A stretch of 63,973 bases of DNA, the filler included, from Rhabdomonas costata (lineage: Eukaryota): the NCBI GenBank assembly GCA_019059605.1. It is 30 parts of 30 records of this genome, joined end to end, with 100 filler letters (N's around TTAATTAATTAA, not from the genome) between each part and the next. Parts side by side here need not be neighbours in the genome. Positions count along the whole stretch, not along the records: positions 12,842 to 14,876 come from JAHMHO010006214.1; positions 14,977 to 17,011 come from JAHMHO010006215.1; positions 17,112 to 19,146 come from JAHMHO010006216.1; positions 19,247 to 21,287 come from JAHMHO010006217.1; positions 21,388 to 23,421 come from JAHMHO010006218.1; positions 23,522 to 25,554 come from JAHMHO010006219.1; positions 25,655 to 27,688 come from JAHMHO010006220.1; 23 more parts are not named here. One strand, given 5' to 3'. A program made the position numbers and the translations under genes. Below the pieces are notes generated by a model that made no database searches, was not told the origin of the DNA, and saw only the letters and a program-made list of their open reading frames with translations. Below are positions 13,015 to 26,046 of this stretch, one piece after another; within the stretch, counting starts at the first letter, position 1; the number at the start of each line of letters is the position of its first letter.

Positions 13015-14616
13015 CTGAAGACTGCCACTGGCTAAGCAATGGCTGGGATATGGGCGGACTAGAGGGACAGCAGTACTGCAGGGGCCAGCGACGTGGCGGC
13101 CGGAGCGGGCAGCTGGGGCTGGGCCTTAAACGACTTTTCAGATATGGAGAAGTTTTTTCCACTGGAACACCCAAAATTAACTGCATCCCACCAGTACTTC
13201 TTTCCGAACTTCATATGCGTTGTTCTGAAACCCACCCCAGTTCTGCAGATACATGCTGTCTGCCACAGCACCCCAGCTCTACCATGCTCCCATACTCCCC
13301 AACCCTAACCCCAGTGAACGTTCACAGAGCGTTGCTGCTGTTGAGGAGGCGGATGGGAAACGGATATAAGGCTAAGAAAATTGGCTTATAGAGAGCAAAG
13401 GTCGGAGACATACCACAACTCAACGGAGACCAAAGCGACCGTAACAAGGAGTAGTCCAATGCTTGCCAGCCCCCCGAGAAAGCGGTAGGTCTCCTGGTTG
13501 CTTGGCCAGCTTCCATTGGCGTTGGCCAGTGCCAGGGTCTCCACCACTGCGGGCGACGCACTCCCCACAACAAGGAGGTTTACAGGCAAAGTGTGGTCGG
13601 CCGACGCTCGGGCGCTGCGCTGCTCGGAGGTCAGCCAGCACAGCAGACTCAGCGCCAGGAGCGCGAGCCCGGAAAGCGCTCCCACACTGAGGTACCGGCG
13701 CCTGTCGACAAAAGGTTGAGATGAAAGGAAACATGGACAATCACATCGCGCATCCGCGTGTTTAACACAGGAGGTGAGGACAAATGGTCGAGCGATGATA
13801 TGCGAATCTCACAAATACCGTTAAAAGAGAGTCTAAAAGAGAAATCGATGCTGAGTTCACACGTCGAAGGTGTGAGATTTTTCTTTTGCAGTTTGTTGTG
13901 GGAAAGTAACACAATAGTTCTGACATTCAGTGTATGGTGGTATAAGGGCAGCTTTGTAATTAATAATCGTAACGAAGGATTCCGCAGCGGCTTAGTACAA
14001 TCAATCGGCTTCTGTACAGTCCAGTCCAGTCAAAGTCACCAGTAATTAACAATCTAAACCTAATCCTTAACGTACAATGTTCAAACTGCCGACCCATCCA
14101 TCGCCGCACTTTGCTCACACGCAAACAGAAAGGCTTAGGAGTCGAAGCCTATAACATGAAAGAGAACGTTAGAGTAAACCTCATCAGCCTTGCCTGGCAG
14201 TTCTCCGCCACAGCAGGGTTGGGAGGCAGAGGCTGCGGGGGAGACTTGCAAGGCGGTGGGGAGGCATGCGCTTCCGGGCTGTGTCGGGGGCTTCCAGGAC
14301 ACAGCCGGGCACATCCTCGCAGAGGAGATCGGGCACCTGAGATGATGGGGAGGGGGCACGACCCCACCCTCTGGAGGTCCAGCTCCTCCCCTCCTGAACC
14401 ACACTCAGAGATCTCACGCAGCTTGTTAGGGAACGCCCGAGGGACGCTGCGGCACCCGACTGGGATTGCCGTGAGCGCAGTGAGCTGGGGTGCAACGAAA
14501 AGACCACTGTGGAAGGACGCGCTGGTGGGCAGGATAGCCCGGGGGCATACGCTTGAGCCCCCTGCTGGAGAGGTCATGGGCGGGCTGGACGAGATTGCCT
14601 CTTTCGGGCAGGGGCA
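13015..14616 (-). CDS. Unknown membrane protein; exons about 14616-14180, 13701-13414, possibly 13124-13015
   Basis: Phase-2 GT-AG joins; two hydrophobic segments (GLALLALSLLCWL; LASIGLLLVTVALV). Confidence 0.45.
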
Positions 14617-17345
14617 CTGATTAAGCGAATAACAGGAGTAGCTCTTCTTGAAGGGAGAGAACAGCGTCAGACCTGCAGCGCGCAAGAATTAGGGCAACAT
14701 CGACTGAAAATGAGGCGGAGCACAAGAAAGCTCCTAAACAAAGTTAACCCACTGGTACAGGGAGGTCTTCCCACGCTCACCACACTTCGGAATCTTAAAA
14801 CTAATTCTCTCACGGTGCCAGCACCAACTGGAGAAACCCCGAATAACTGAAACACAGTTGATAATGACCCAACCCCNNNNNNNNNNNNNNNNNNNNNNNN
14901 NNNNNNNNNNNNNNNNNNNNTTAATTAATTAANNNNNNNNNNNNNNNNNNNNNNNNNNNNNNNNNNNNNNNNNNNNGGGTGTGTGTAGCAAAGAATTTCA
15001 ATGAATGAAGGCAGTTTATAAATGACGGAGACTGCGCCTACAGCGTTTTAGAATGATGTTGTCAACTCCACCCACAGCAAACCTGGCACCTGTATAACAA
15101 CCACGTCGACGAAAGCCTCGCTAAAGTGTCACAGAAGGCATCTTACATCCGAAGGCCATGAGTTAAGACAATACAAGGGGTAACAAATTTTTCATGAATC
15201 AGAGACATAGCATTCATTAACTTTCCGGCCACGCCTTGTGGCATAATAGTGGAGACCGCTATCCAATGGAAACTAAAGATGCCCACTTCTCAGCTACTGC
15301 AATGCCAGCAAGCACGCGCTCCATGTGCCCCGAGCCCATGATGCAACGTAAATCCATAACACTGCAGATGTTTTTGGTGCATTTTTAAGCTGCAAGGACG
15401 CCAACTTCGTCTCATACAGAGTCAAAAAGCAAGTATGCAGGCCAACTATGGTGGCAAGTTGGCTACCCGACAACAAGGACACATTCCATGTCCACACTAG
15501 AACACCCACCGGAAGCTGAATCATCGTGGTCAGCAAGGATCCAGTCGGAAGTTCTTTTTACAAGATCCGGAGACTTGCGGCTGGGTGTGCTGACACTCAA
15601 CAGAAGACCTACGCATCTCTGTCCGCAAACTCTCTGCCGCACACCTCACTGTCAGCCTTCAGTTTAAGCGAGGGCGCTGCAGATTCCTGGTAGTAGGCCT
15701 TACAACATGCCCGACTTCGCTTCGAGATTGAAATGAGCTGAATTTCATATTGAAGCTCAGTTTGAACATCTTTCTGGGATTCCAGAGCCAAAGTAAAGCC
15801 AATTGCTCGATTAGCATCTCAACAGAAGTTCCTGAAGTTTCTTGTACAATAGAAGCTGGCGACACCTGCGGAGGCTTGGGTGGTTAAAAAATAGCCACGT
15901 GGAATTACTGCAGACTTAAAAAGTGACTAAGAGTATGCAGCCGAAGGATGACTCGCGCGGGGAAAGCTGTCAGCGAAAGTGGCAGAGGCGGCATTGGGTG
16001 AGTGAGGGTGAGTGGATTTCCACTTTTTCTGGGAGATACAAAGTGGTCGGGCAGATTCCGGCGAAGTAAAATTTGCAGAAGTCGTAGCAGTATACTTCTG
16101 CGGAGAACTGCGAGCAATCTCATCCGATGAGAGCTTTTGATCCTTAGAAAATTGGTTTCGAGGACGTTGTAAAGGATCAGCCCGTGTAAGCCGAGTCGGT
16201 ATGGGCGTCGACATTCTTGGAGGGTGTCGACGTACCACCACGGGCAGGATGCTTAAGTAACGGGTAACCTACTGTCTCCAGCCTTGTCTTCTCCACGAAT
16301 GTGGCGGCAAATGGCCTGAAAGCGGAAAATGTCCCACCAGGGCTGTTTAAATGGCTTCGGAAGCGGAGGAGTATTACTGGGGCAATGCGCATTTCCGTGG
16401 TCCCACTGCGCTTTTCAAAGGCCTTCTCCTCAACTCGCGCTGCTGTACATGGACTTTGTGCCTCAACCCGCCGCTACACCCGGTTCAAGTGGATGACAAG
16501 GCGCACTCACTCAGGAACTAAAAAAGTGTCTTGCATCCTCTTGTCCCCGTTGCCGGTCACTGCCACAGTCCATGGCAAATAAGGCGCGTTTTGCCAGAAT
16601 AAACCGTGACAGGTGGTGACGGTTGGTTTTGTATTCGGCTAATCCAAACACACCCGCGGCTTTTACTTACTGGACTGCGATTCCCCGTGTCCCCCAAATG
16701 GAGCGGAGCGATCCAGCTCAATTGACTGGTGGCGAAGACCGTGCATTCTACTTCTATTCCATGTTTGAATGGATGGGCGCCCGCCATTAATGCCAAAGCG
16801 TCGCCTGTGTTTGGGTTTCTGTTAAGGACCCCGCTCCGCACGGGAATCCGCGGGGGCTGCTCCGCACGGCCCCCTGCCCATTCCGCATGGGCTTCACACC
16901 GGCGGCGGAAGGGAACCAGGAGCCAAGACGGGCTACTCGTCTTGGCGTGGCCGCCCCGGCCGGGTCCGGGAATCGAAGCCGCGACCTTGCAGCCACGAGC
17001 CCCACCCCACCNNNNNNNNNNNNNNNNNNNNNNNNNNNNNNNNNNNNNNNNNNNNTTAATTAATTAANNNNNNNNNNNNNNNNNNNNNNNNNNNNNNNNN
17101 NNNNNNNNNNNGGTTGGGGTGGATGGGCACTGCACACATCCTCACCCGAAACTCCCTGTGTCCAGCATGAACAGTTGCATGGACAACCCGCCGGCATCTC
17201 AACATCTGTGGAAGACAGGAAGCAGGGCAACACGCGGCATACCACTTCTTTGTGCGTGCGTGCGTGCGTGCGCGTGTGTGCATTCGGTTTCGTGGGAGTC
17301 GATGGATAACTCAATGCAAGGTTTCTGCTTGCGTGTTGATGCTAG

Positions 17346-17502
17346 GGTTTCTGCACTGGGACCCAGCTTTGAGGTTCAGTGCGGATGACGGTCTGCGGCA
17401 CGAGTGGGTCCTTCAGGGGGCGGCCGCGCTGCTGCCTCCCCCTCAGGCCTCCCGCCGGCCCGCTCCCCCTCGGGACTCCGCTCACGGGGCTCACAGAAGA
17501 AG
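17346..17502 (+). CDS. Protein kinase C-terminal exon (subdomain XI, DYRK/CMGC-like)
   Basis: FLHWDPALRFSADDGLRHEWV resembles L-x-WDP-x-x-R-x-T-x-x-x-AL-x-H-x-W; bounded by TAG| and AG|GT. Confidence 0.7.
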
Positions 17503-18609
17503 GTGCCTCGCCATCCCATCAGTGCCGCTAGCATGGAAATTGGTTGGTTTTAATTTTTGGAAATATTTTAATAATAAAATGGTTTTATAGCGGTGCAATA
17601 TAACTCCAACTGTCCGAAATTCTTCGGTGATGGAAAAAAATGGGGTTGGGTTGGTGGAGGAGTGAGTTTTTCAGGCGGCACGGTTTACTCCATTTTGCAC
17701 CTAGTTCTCCCCAAATAACCCTGCTTTCCCCTGAATGTTTTGGTCTATGTGTCTGGTATACCAGGGTATTGCATCAACAATATATCGAAGAATATTTTTT
17801 CTTACCGTGCATAATTATGTTTAAGGTGAATGCAACTGTGGTCTGATGAGGTGACCACGAAAAAATATGCACTTTTGCAGAGAGCGAGTCTGAGTGCGCG
17901 ATGGGTTTGTGTGAAAGAGTTCTAGGTAGAACGAGCAGGGAGTGTGGCGTGTGTGCATCGATGGGAATGGAGTATGTATGTCATTCGCCTTTTTCATTGT
18001 CATCATCACGTTTCAAGCCGTCAATTGAGTGATTACCGTTGTCAATCAGAATTAGCAGTGGTAATCAAAATTACAATTATCTGCGCACAACTACCTGGAC
18101 ATCGTAGTTTGAGTGCAGCTCAGTTGGATGCTTTGCGCTTTTTAACTGTTATTGGCTTACACCCTTATCGGTCACTGTTTTTCTTTGCGCCGCTTGCAGG
18201 CACCACCGTGAGGTGTCTGTGGGGGTTTCCTCAAAGTTTATGGAGTCCCACAACGCCACCGCCGACCAAGGTGCACTTCGCACACTTTTTTCAGCCCAAT
18301 ACGCAGAGTGCGGGTGGATTGATTGGAATAAACACAACAAACACGGACGGTCGAAGGTTACAGGGAATTCTTAAGTGGTATTTTCAGTTGCTCTGAATGC
18401 CTACACCCGAGAGAAATGGGAAACAATTGCATCAGGAATACCGGAGAAAACACAAACGCACGCTTTTTGGTTTTGGTGGGAGGAGAGGGGGTCGGAAGCT
18501 GTGATGTATCAAACCAAGGAAGGCTCAATATATATGTAAGCGAATTGTGGTCGAAATTCCAACTGAAAGTTATTTTGCGGTGACTTCAGGCTTCTGGCTG
18601 TTTTTCGGT

Positions 18610-19146
18610 GTCGGTGTGGTAATATTGGTTGAACTGCTATGAAGTGATTCGAATTGTACGAGGTTACCTGCTGTGGTGCTTCGCAGCCCCGCGAACTGCC
18701 TGAGTTAGTTCTCTGGGAATGATTCTGGTGTTTTTTACTTCTGCATTTTTCTGTTCTCTTAGCCTCTTGACGGACGAAGGGGGCGCTGCCTGTATGCTAA
18801 GATTCGCGCTTCTCGGATTTTTGACCTCGGCTCGACATTCACTGTTGCCTGTTGCATGTGCTGTGCATCAGAGGGTGCTTTTTGCCTCCCTCCCGCTGAG
18901 ATCCGCACGACGAAGCCTTTTTTGGGGTAGCCAGCTCTGAGCAGCAGGTGCAGCACCAGGTGTTGCCAGGCTGTCCTAAGTGGATTTGGGCAAAATCTTT
19001 GAGGTTGAAGCCTTAGTAGCTGGTTAAATTCGACGCTTGGAGAAGGATCAAGCAATTTCGTGCGTCTATACAAAAAGCAATACAGCAGGTAACCTAGTAC
19101 AATTCGAATCACTTCATTGCAGTTCAACCAATATTACCACACCAAC
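18610..19146. mobile_element. MITE-like / non-autonomous TIR element, possibly truncated by the contig end
   Basis: 65-bp inverted repeat 18610-18674 vs 19082-19146, 62 of 65 matching; no transposase ORF inside. Confidence 0.7.
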
Positions 19147-20177
19147 NNNNNNNNNNNNNNNNNNNNNNNNNNNNNNNNNNNNNNNNNNNNTTAATTAATT
19201 AANNNNNNNNNNNNNNNNNNNNNNNNNNNNNNNNNNNNNNNNNNNNGTGTGTGTGTGCCTATATTTGCAGGATTGTTTCTGGAGGATTCTTCTTTGCACA
19301 GAATCCACCAGAATCAAGATCCAGACACAAATTAATTAAGTGTGTATGTGGGTTGTGTGTGTGTGTGTGTGTTGTGCACGCCGCCAGCTGCGAAGCGGTA
19401 GTACCCCCCTGCTCAACTCCGCGAAAGAATGACAATCCATCCATGCAAATCAGTCTGTGTGTGGGCGCAATATGGGGAAGAGATCTGTCGGTGTCTGGGC
19501 TGTGAAGTTCACGTGTCGTGGGTAAACTGCATGCTGTTTCCGCCGTGAAACGGCGAGACCTGTGTGAGTGAGTGTCATTTGTCATGGCGCCCCTTCCCCA
19601 GTTTGTTAAACACTCGGCCCTTCTGGAGTACCGCAGTGCAAATGGTGGCAACGTTGCTTAGGACAAGGTACGGGCAGAACCGCCGCGGTGGCCTTGTGCG
19701 GAGAAAATGTCAGAATCTCCCAAGTTCCGCGATTTCTGAAATCGTGACTAGCTGAGTGATTCGATCGGCATTACTTGAGACGCTGCGTGGGCTCACGCCA
19801 CATGTTCTGCCCCGAGCGCCCGGGCAGCGCAGGTCGGACCTTTTACTTTTGGAAATGGAGCAAGGGTCCTTTGGAGTATTCGTTCTTCGTCTGAGCGACC
19901 CCACGTCGACAACATTAAGCGCTCAGTTTGGAACTATTGCTTAGGTCGCATATTGGGCATCTGCGCAGGTGTTGATATTGGAAATGAGAGTTTTCTGCAA
20001 TGTTAACTGACTGGGCTGGAGGGGACCCATATATACCCATATACGCGCAAAATTTTTGACGTGGGTATTGAGGCTTCTGTATACCGTTCTCGCCTCAGTG
20101 CGGTCGGACCGTTTTCTGACTTCTGCAGAACAGCCTTCTCGTTTTGCCCCCATGTCCCCCCAGCCCAGCCCTTTTAA

Positions 20178-20513
20178 ATGTCCGAAAAGAGCGGTGCGGG
20201 GTTGATGGCCGCCTCACGTGAAAAAGCGCACTGTAGGCCTTGCGCTGGGAAGAGTGCCGGCGGGGATGATCCTGCCACGAAGCACCACCTCAGCGCTCTT
20301 GAAGCGGCGCTGCAGTCTGGTCACCACGGCCGTATCCGGGAGGCTTTCGTTGACTTGGGGCTCCGGCTGCACCACCAGAACCGGAATTTAGAGGCCGTGC
20401 CGGTGTTCGGACAGTTGGTGGCATTCCTGAAGAACTCGGGTTTATCTTCCGCGGAAGACTACGTCGCACTATCCATAGCGTACGACATCCTGGCTGCTGT
20501 GTACAAGCAGCTG

Positions 20514-20548
<35 letters not shown>

Positions 20549-21088
20549 TGTGTGTGTGTGTGTTCGATGGGGGACCGGTATTTTGTATGCGCGGGATGTG
20601 CCTGCGAGCGTATCTATCACGTGGCGTGAGTGATTATTGATGCTTGTGCTTGTGAGTGACCGTGCCTGCGTTGTGCCTGAAAAGCATGACTGTGAATGCA
20701 ACAGGGGGGACATATGGCTGCACGTGCCTGTTCTACCAACGTACCAACCACTGTTAGCGGTTGCCGATGTTCCCTGCTCCTCCCTGCCCGTGCACAGCTT
20801 CACTTCGTTTTGGTGTTCTTGTGGTCTTGCCTGACGAGGTTGCTCTGCGGTGTTTAACTAACTGGTTTGTCGTGCCCGTCTGAAAGGAAAGCAGTGAAAA
20901 TCAAGTCTCAGTGAGCTATTGTTTGCGTTGTGAGACATAATATTAATGCTTTCTTCATGTGGTGGCTGTCCGCCGGGTGCCTGGAGTGTGCTCCTCTCAT
21001 TTACTTGTGAATAATTTCTCTGACCTTGTGTGCTCAGGGAGACACCGAGCGGAGCGCGCAGTTCACATCTGAGCAAATTGCTGTGGAG
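20178..21088 (+). CDS. TPR-like protein fragment; exons about 20178-20513 and 21038-21088
   Basis: AFVDLGLRLHHQNRNLEAVPVF and AYDILAAVYKQL-GDTERS fit TPR helix patterns; phase-0 GT-AG join. Confidence 0.6.
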
Positions 21089-22155
21089 GTGGACATGTGT
21101 CTCTCTGCCTTCGATGGACCCCGTATGTACTTGCGCATCATCATCGTCATCATCTTTTTGCAGAGGCCGGCGGCTCAATTGAGAGGTTCGCAGACGGCGT
21201 TTACACCCACAGACCCAACCATGAAAAGCCAAGGAAGTCCAAAGAGTCGTCAGGGTTCCAAACCAAAAACCCCAAACACACCCACACNNNNNNNNNNNNN
21301 NNNNNNNNNNNNNNNNNNNNNNNNNNNNNNNTTAATTAATTAANNNNNNNNNNNNNNNNNNNNNNNNNNNNNNNNNNNNNNNNNNNNGGGTTTTGGTAGT
21401 TTCACTTGTCATACAAGTCATGTCGGATCTTTGGTGATTGGGAGCCACAGAAAAACGAATTGAAAAAACGGGCAAGAACTTTTTACAAGAAGGCAAATTC
21501 CATCACTGAAGGGCAAACTAGGGGGGAATAGATGCAGGAGGGTTCCTTGTACATAAGGTGCCTTCGATCACCTCCGCTGTGCTGGGGAAAGATTGACACA
21601 AGATTCATCTAAAATAAAGAAAAGAGGCGTCAAAGGGCGTAACGGGTGGGTACCGGCCTGAGGTTGCAAGGACCGGCCGCGGAGGCCTTGCTCGTTGGTC
21701 ACGGTGTAAAATCGCTGAAAAATTCCAGCATCGTTTTTTCTCCTCGGTTCTCAATTCTTTTCCATCAAACGCCTCACGTTTTGGATGAAAGAAAGCCATC
21801 ATCCTGTTGCGCTGTTTTTTTTGGGTGGGCCGTCTTCACGGGCTTCCAAGCTGACAGAGTACAATGCGAAGTGAGATTGAGGGTAGAGTATCATAAAACA
21901 ACCGAACGGAACAAAATTCATCCGAGGAACGAACTCGGAGACCCAATTATTATCAAGACGAACTTCTACGCTTAACTACTTTACCGTTTACGAGCCTCCC
22001 TTGGCCTGACTGTCCTGCTCCAGCATCCAGCGCACATTCTAAGGACAGGACACATGTGGGTTCTGGCCTGAGGGTGGAAGGACCGACCTCGGCGTTTCCG
22101 GAGCCCCGCTGTAGGTAGACGGCCCGACTTCGGTTTCCCCTCTAAACAAACTTAC

Positions 22156-22896
22156 AGGAACGAACGAGCTCCAGTAGTGGTGGGCTTGATCCCGGCAAGC
22201 GTGGACTGTGATTTTGGTAGGCACCAGGGCGGTTGAGAGCCAAGCTCAAGCTCGCCTCAAGCGAAAGCGACTCCCAGAAGCAGCAATCAGCCCTCGAATA
22301 GAGCGGGAAGGGGGTGCGCACCTCGTCGAAGTCCCACAGGGAGATGTTTACCGGGCCACACGGCTCGCGGACGAAGCCGTAGATCCCACCCCCTGTGGAG
22401 GTGAAGTGGATGTCGCTGCTGAACTCGGTATTGCGGAGCTGCGCGAACATGTGGGGCAGGAACCCCCTCGGGGCCATCGGCAGCAGCCCCGTGCGGAAGG
22501 AGAACTTGTTGATCTGCACCAGGGCCTCCACCCTGAAGATAGGACGGTACCGAGACGGCAAATCAGCACCGGGAAGAGAAAAAGCCAAGAGAAATTTCAG
22601 CACCTACTTCCGCCCAGGAAACAACGCCGGTCGATCACAGGATCGGACACAACACAGGAATAGTACCACATTGGATGGACCTGAAGGCGGGCTGCCTGCC
22701 CTTCCCGTTTTTTGGAGTAAGTGGAGCGAACGGAGACCAGAATGGGGATGAATTCCCATTCCCCTTTCTTAACTGGATGCACACTGCAACGAGGAGTCGT
22801 TCCCAAAGCAAAGGGGCACAGGCATACTGCACGAGGTGGTGCTCAATGAGGCTACGAGTCAGCGGCAGGATCTGCGACTGGAAGCTCTGTCCCATG
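22156..22896 (-). CDS. Unknown protein; exons 22896-22828, 22532-22322, 22205-22156
   Basis: High-GC3 frames joined in phase by GT-AG introns (HHLVQ-VEALVQINKF...WDFDE-STLAGIK). Confidence 0.6.
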
Positions 22897-23294
22897 CTGA
22901 GCAAGTCCAACACAAAGAAAAGAAAGAACCCTCAGATCGGTGATACACGTGTCTACCTTTCTACATTTCCCCTGTTCTATAAAATAAAAAATCACGCGCG
23001 ATCCGCCGGTGCTCTAAACGTACCAGCTATAACCGCATAATTACTACAGTGGGGTAGATGTCAACGCACCCACTGCTTTTGGTGGATGACGTAGCATCCA
23101 CGTGATGCCGATTGTGTCACAACACACACATTCTTTCCTTGGGTGTTGGGATATTACACCGAAGCCACTTAATATTGTGAAAAGTATGATTGTGAAAAGT
23201 GTTGAAAAAACACGGCACTGTTCAGCCCGAACTCGATCCTAAATATATTACCCGAGAGCGCGCGCGCACACACACACATGCACACACACAAATA

Positions 23295-23421
23295 GGATGT
23301 CGCTGCTGAACTCGGTATTGCGGAGCTGCGCGAACATGTGGGGCAGGAACCCCCTCGGGGCCATCGGCAGCAGCCCCGTGCGGAAGGAGAACTTGTTGAT
23401 CTGCACCAGGGCCTCCACCCT
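23295..23421 (-). repeat. Exact 127-bp truncated duplicate of exon sequence 22408-22534
   Basis: Base-for-base identity; the copy stops mid-exon next to a (CA)n tract. Confidence 0.92.
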
Positions 23422-24072
23422 NNNNNNNNNNNNNNNNNNNNNNNNNNNNNNNNNNNNNNNNNNNNTTAATTAATTAANNNNNNNNNNNNNNNNNNNNNNN
23501 NNNNNNNNNNNNNNNNNNNNNGGGGTTGTAGTGCGATGCTGGTGCCCCCCTTGGAATGCTGAGACCTAGCGAGTGGTTGGGCTTCAAGTGGAAGACTTGA
23601 GGGCTGGAGGGCGATTCGCGTGGGTGTCCTGGGACTCCAATGGAAGGTCTGCTGGGGTGTAGAGGGCAATGCACGCAGTTGTGGACTACGTGAAGGATGG
23701 TTGAAGATCAGTAGCGGCTCATGCGCGTCCCTGATCCCGCCTTTTCTGGTTTGATTGGGTATCAAAGAAAAATATGGGAAGTGGTGTATACCCTCCTCTG
23801 GTTTTCTGTTTGGCACTTTGGTATATCACAGCCTTTCTCTGCGTAGACTGCTTTTATCGCTCTGGATTTACTGCTCCTTAGCCCCGCCCGTCGTGGTGAG
23901 TAGCGGTGAGTGTTGTCGAAGCAGTCGCGAGGGTCGTGAAAGGATCAAAGAAACACACCTTTAGAAAAGAGAAAGAGAGAGAGAGAGCGGCAGCCGTTCT
24001 CAGCACCGAGGTGCTGTTGCGGAGGGTGCCCAGTGTGCGTGCACTATTCTGAGCTCATTGGGGGATAGGGAA

Positions 24073-25171
24073 ATGTCTATCCCTCGCGGGGCCTTTGGGA
24101 CGCAGCTGGTGCGGACCCCAGCAACGATCCGAAATGCAGAGCTGATCTATGACCGCCTTACCCAGCTGGGGCTGAAGTACCCCTTGCACCCCTTTGAGGC
24201 GCTGATGCGTTCAGACAAGCCCACCGGGCTGGTCCCCCCACTGCGGCCCCTTCAGGTGCGCAACCTCTTGGCGCGAAGAGAGTGTCCACGGATCTCTCCC
24301 GTTTGAATGGTGACAGTTCAGTTCATGCAATCCCCACAACCAGGTGCTATGAATGCTCTGATGATACGCTTGATAATCGCTAAATTGAAGACTGTGGAGG
24401 GGGCTGTTATGTTTATGTACTTGTCCTGGGCCGGGATTAAGGTGCATTTTCAGATTTCGTTGAAGTCACTGGTACTCATTAAATTTGATAAATTAGGACA
24501 TTACTTGGCATTACTTGGTGACGGTAAAATGCCGCCCATGACAGAATGTAAGAGAGATGAATCGCCCTAGCAGATCTCCCCCCCCCTCCGAATCGTCTGT
24601 TTCCAGTGGACAAGGGTGTCTGAATCCCCAGGTTAATTTTTGTTGTAGTACTTTCTGCGCCAACGAGCAAGCGAGTACGAGAGAGGGGAACCGATACTTC
24701 AGCAGCTCGTTCGACAGACATCGGGATGCACCGCCCCCTTCTCCTCGGATAAAAAGGGGAAACAGATCTGAACAGGTGCCACCGCGATTCCGATGTGGTT
24801 CACCACTTGTTATCCATGTGAGCGGATGAGCTTCCTCTCATTCATTTTGCCTCCATACGGAATTCGTCGTTGATCATTTGACGAACGGCAGGTTCTACTT
24901 GAGTTTGCAGTTTGTGTTTGCATACCTAGCTGTCCGTGTTGCCTGGACTTGCTGGAAGTTGATTTGTCAGGTACGCCATTCTGATGTCAGTAATGGTCCG
25001 TTTGGTCCGCCATTTGGGCCAGCTTGCTCACCGTCTCTCATTTTGGCCCCTCCCCAGCCGCTGCCGTTCTACGTCGAGCTCACCAATATGGACAACCTGC
25101 CGGTGTACCTGCAAATGGTGAGGAAGTTGTCTGTGGGAACCCGAGTGAAGCGGCTTCACGGCGATATTGTG
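24073..25171 (+). CDS. MRPL49: Mitochondrial ribosomal protein mL49/Img2, 5' exons 24073-24255 and 25058-25171
   Basis: LPFYVELTNMDNLPVYL...TRVKRLHGDI parallels the mL49 core LPYFV-R-x-x-x-x-N-x-PVY...TVIRKVEGDI. Confidence 0.75.
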
Positions 25172-25785
25172 GTGCCACCCACACCCACAAACACAAACAC
25201 AAACACAAACACACACGCACACCTTCCCTGATGCCCCCTTTCCTTTCCCATTCTCTGTCCTTAAAGCTACCCACCACCTCACTCCCCCTGGGTATCCCCG
25301 ATCGAAGAGATCGTTGAGATGGCAGAAATGCTTCAGTGGCGAGGTATGCGTCACATTTTGCAGTGGAAACTAGTAAAGACTGATGATGGCAGCGGCCAAA
25401 TAGAGGTGCCATCCCAGCCCCCCCTTCATGCGCCATTCCAAGGTTGAGGTGGGCGAGATCGTTGCTGCAACACCCTCTCCAGGCACAACTGAAACATCTG
25501 TACATCTCTCGCTGGGGGGGGGGGACGTGTTAGGAGTTTTCAATGGAGCTGAGGNNNNNNNNNNNNNNNNNNNNNNNNNNNNNNNNNNNNNNNNNNNNTT
25601 AATTAATTAANNNNNNNNNNNNNNNNNNNNNNNNNNNNNNNNNNNNNNNNNNNNTTTTTGGCATGCCCCTGTGATCTCTGATGTTTCTTCTTGTCAGCTG
25701 TTAGAGTCAACCAGGGATTGAATGGTGGTGGGTGGTGGGTTCTGGAGGACGGCTCTTTCTTTGATTCGGCCCCCCTCTGCCATAG

Positions 25786-26046
25786 GTGTGCTTCTCGATC
25801 ATCCCGTGGTCGGTGTACCTGGGGTTCATCAACATGTGTGTCAACGGCCCGTACTGGTTTGTCCAGCAGTGGTCCTACGGCGCAGGCTACAGCAGCACCT
25901 CGGTGTACAGCTACTACCCCAGCGGGATGATCCCGGTGTCGTACAACCTCACCAAGGGCAGTGGGTGGTGCCTGTCCGTGGCGATCTTCCCGATCTCCTT
26001 CCTGGGGTTCTGCATTCTGGGCTACTACTTTTACCGATGCCGCCAG
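25786..26046 (+). CDS. Internal exon of an unknown multi-pass membrane protein
   Basis: Very high GC3 phase 0-0 exon with two hydrophobic segments. Confidence 0.65.

Noticed and set aside
22206-22827. Apparent non-AG acceptors (GT-CG and GT-TG introns) in the unknown gene
   Set aside because: Conventional in-frame acceptors exist slightly downstream (TTCAG| at 22533 and CACAG| at 22206)
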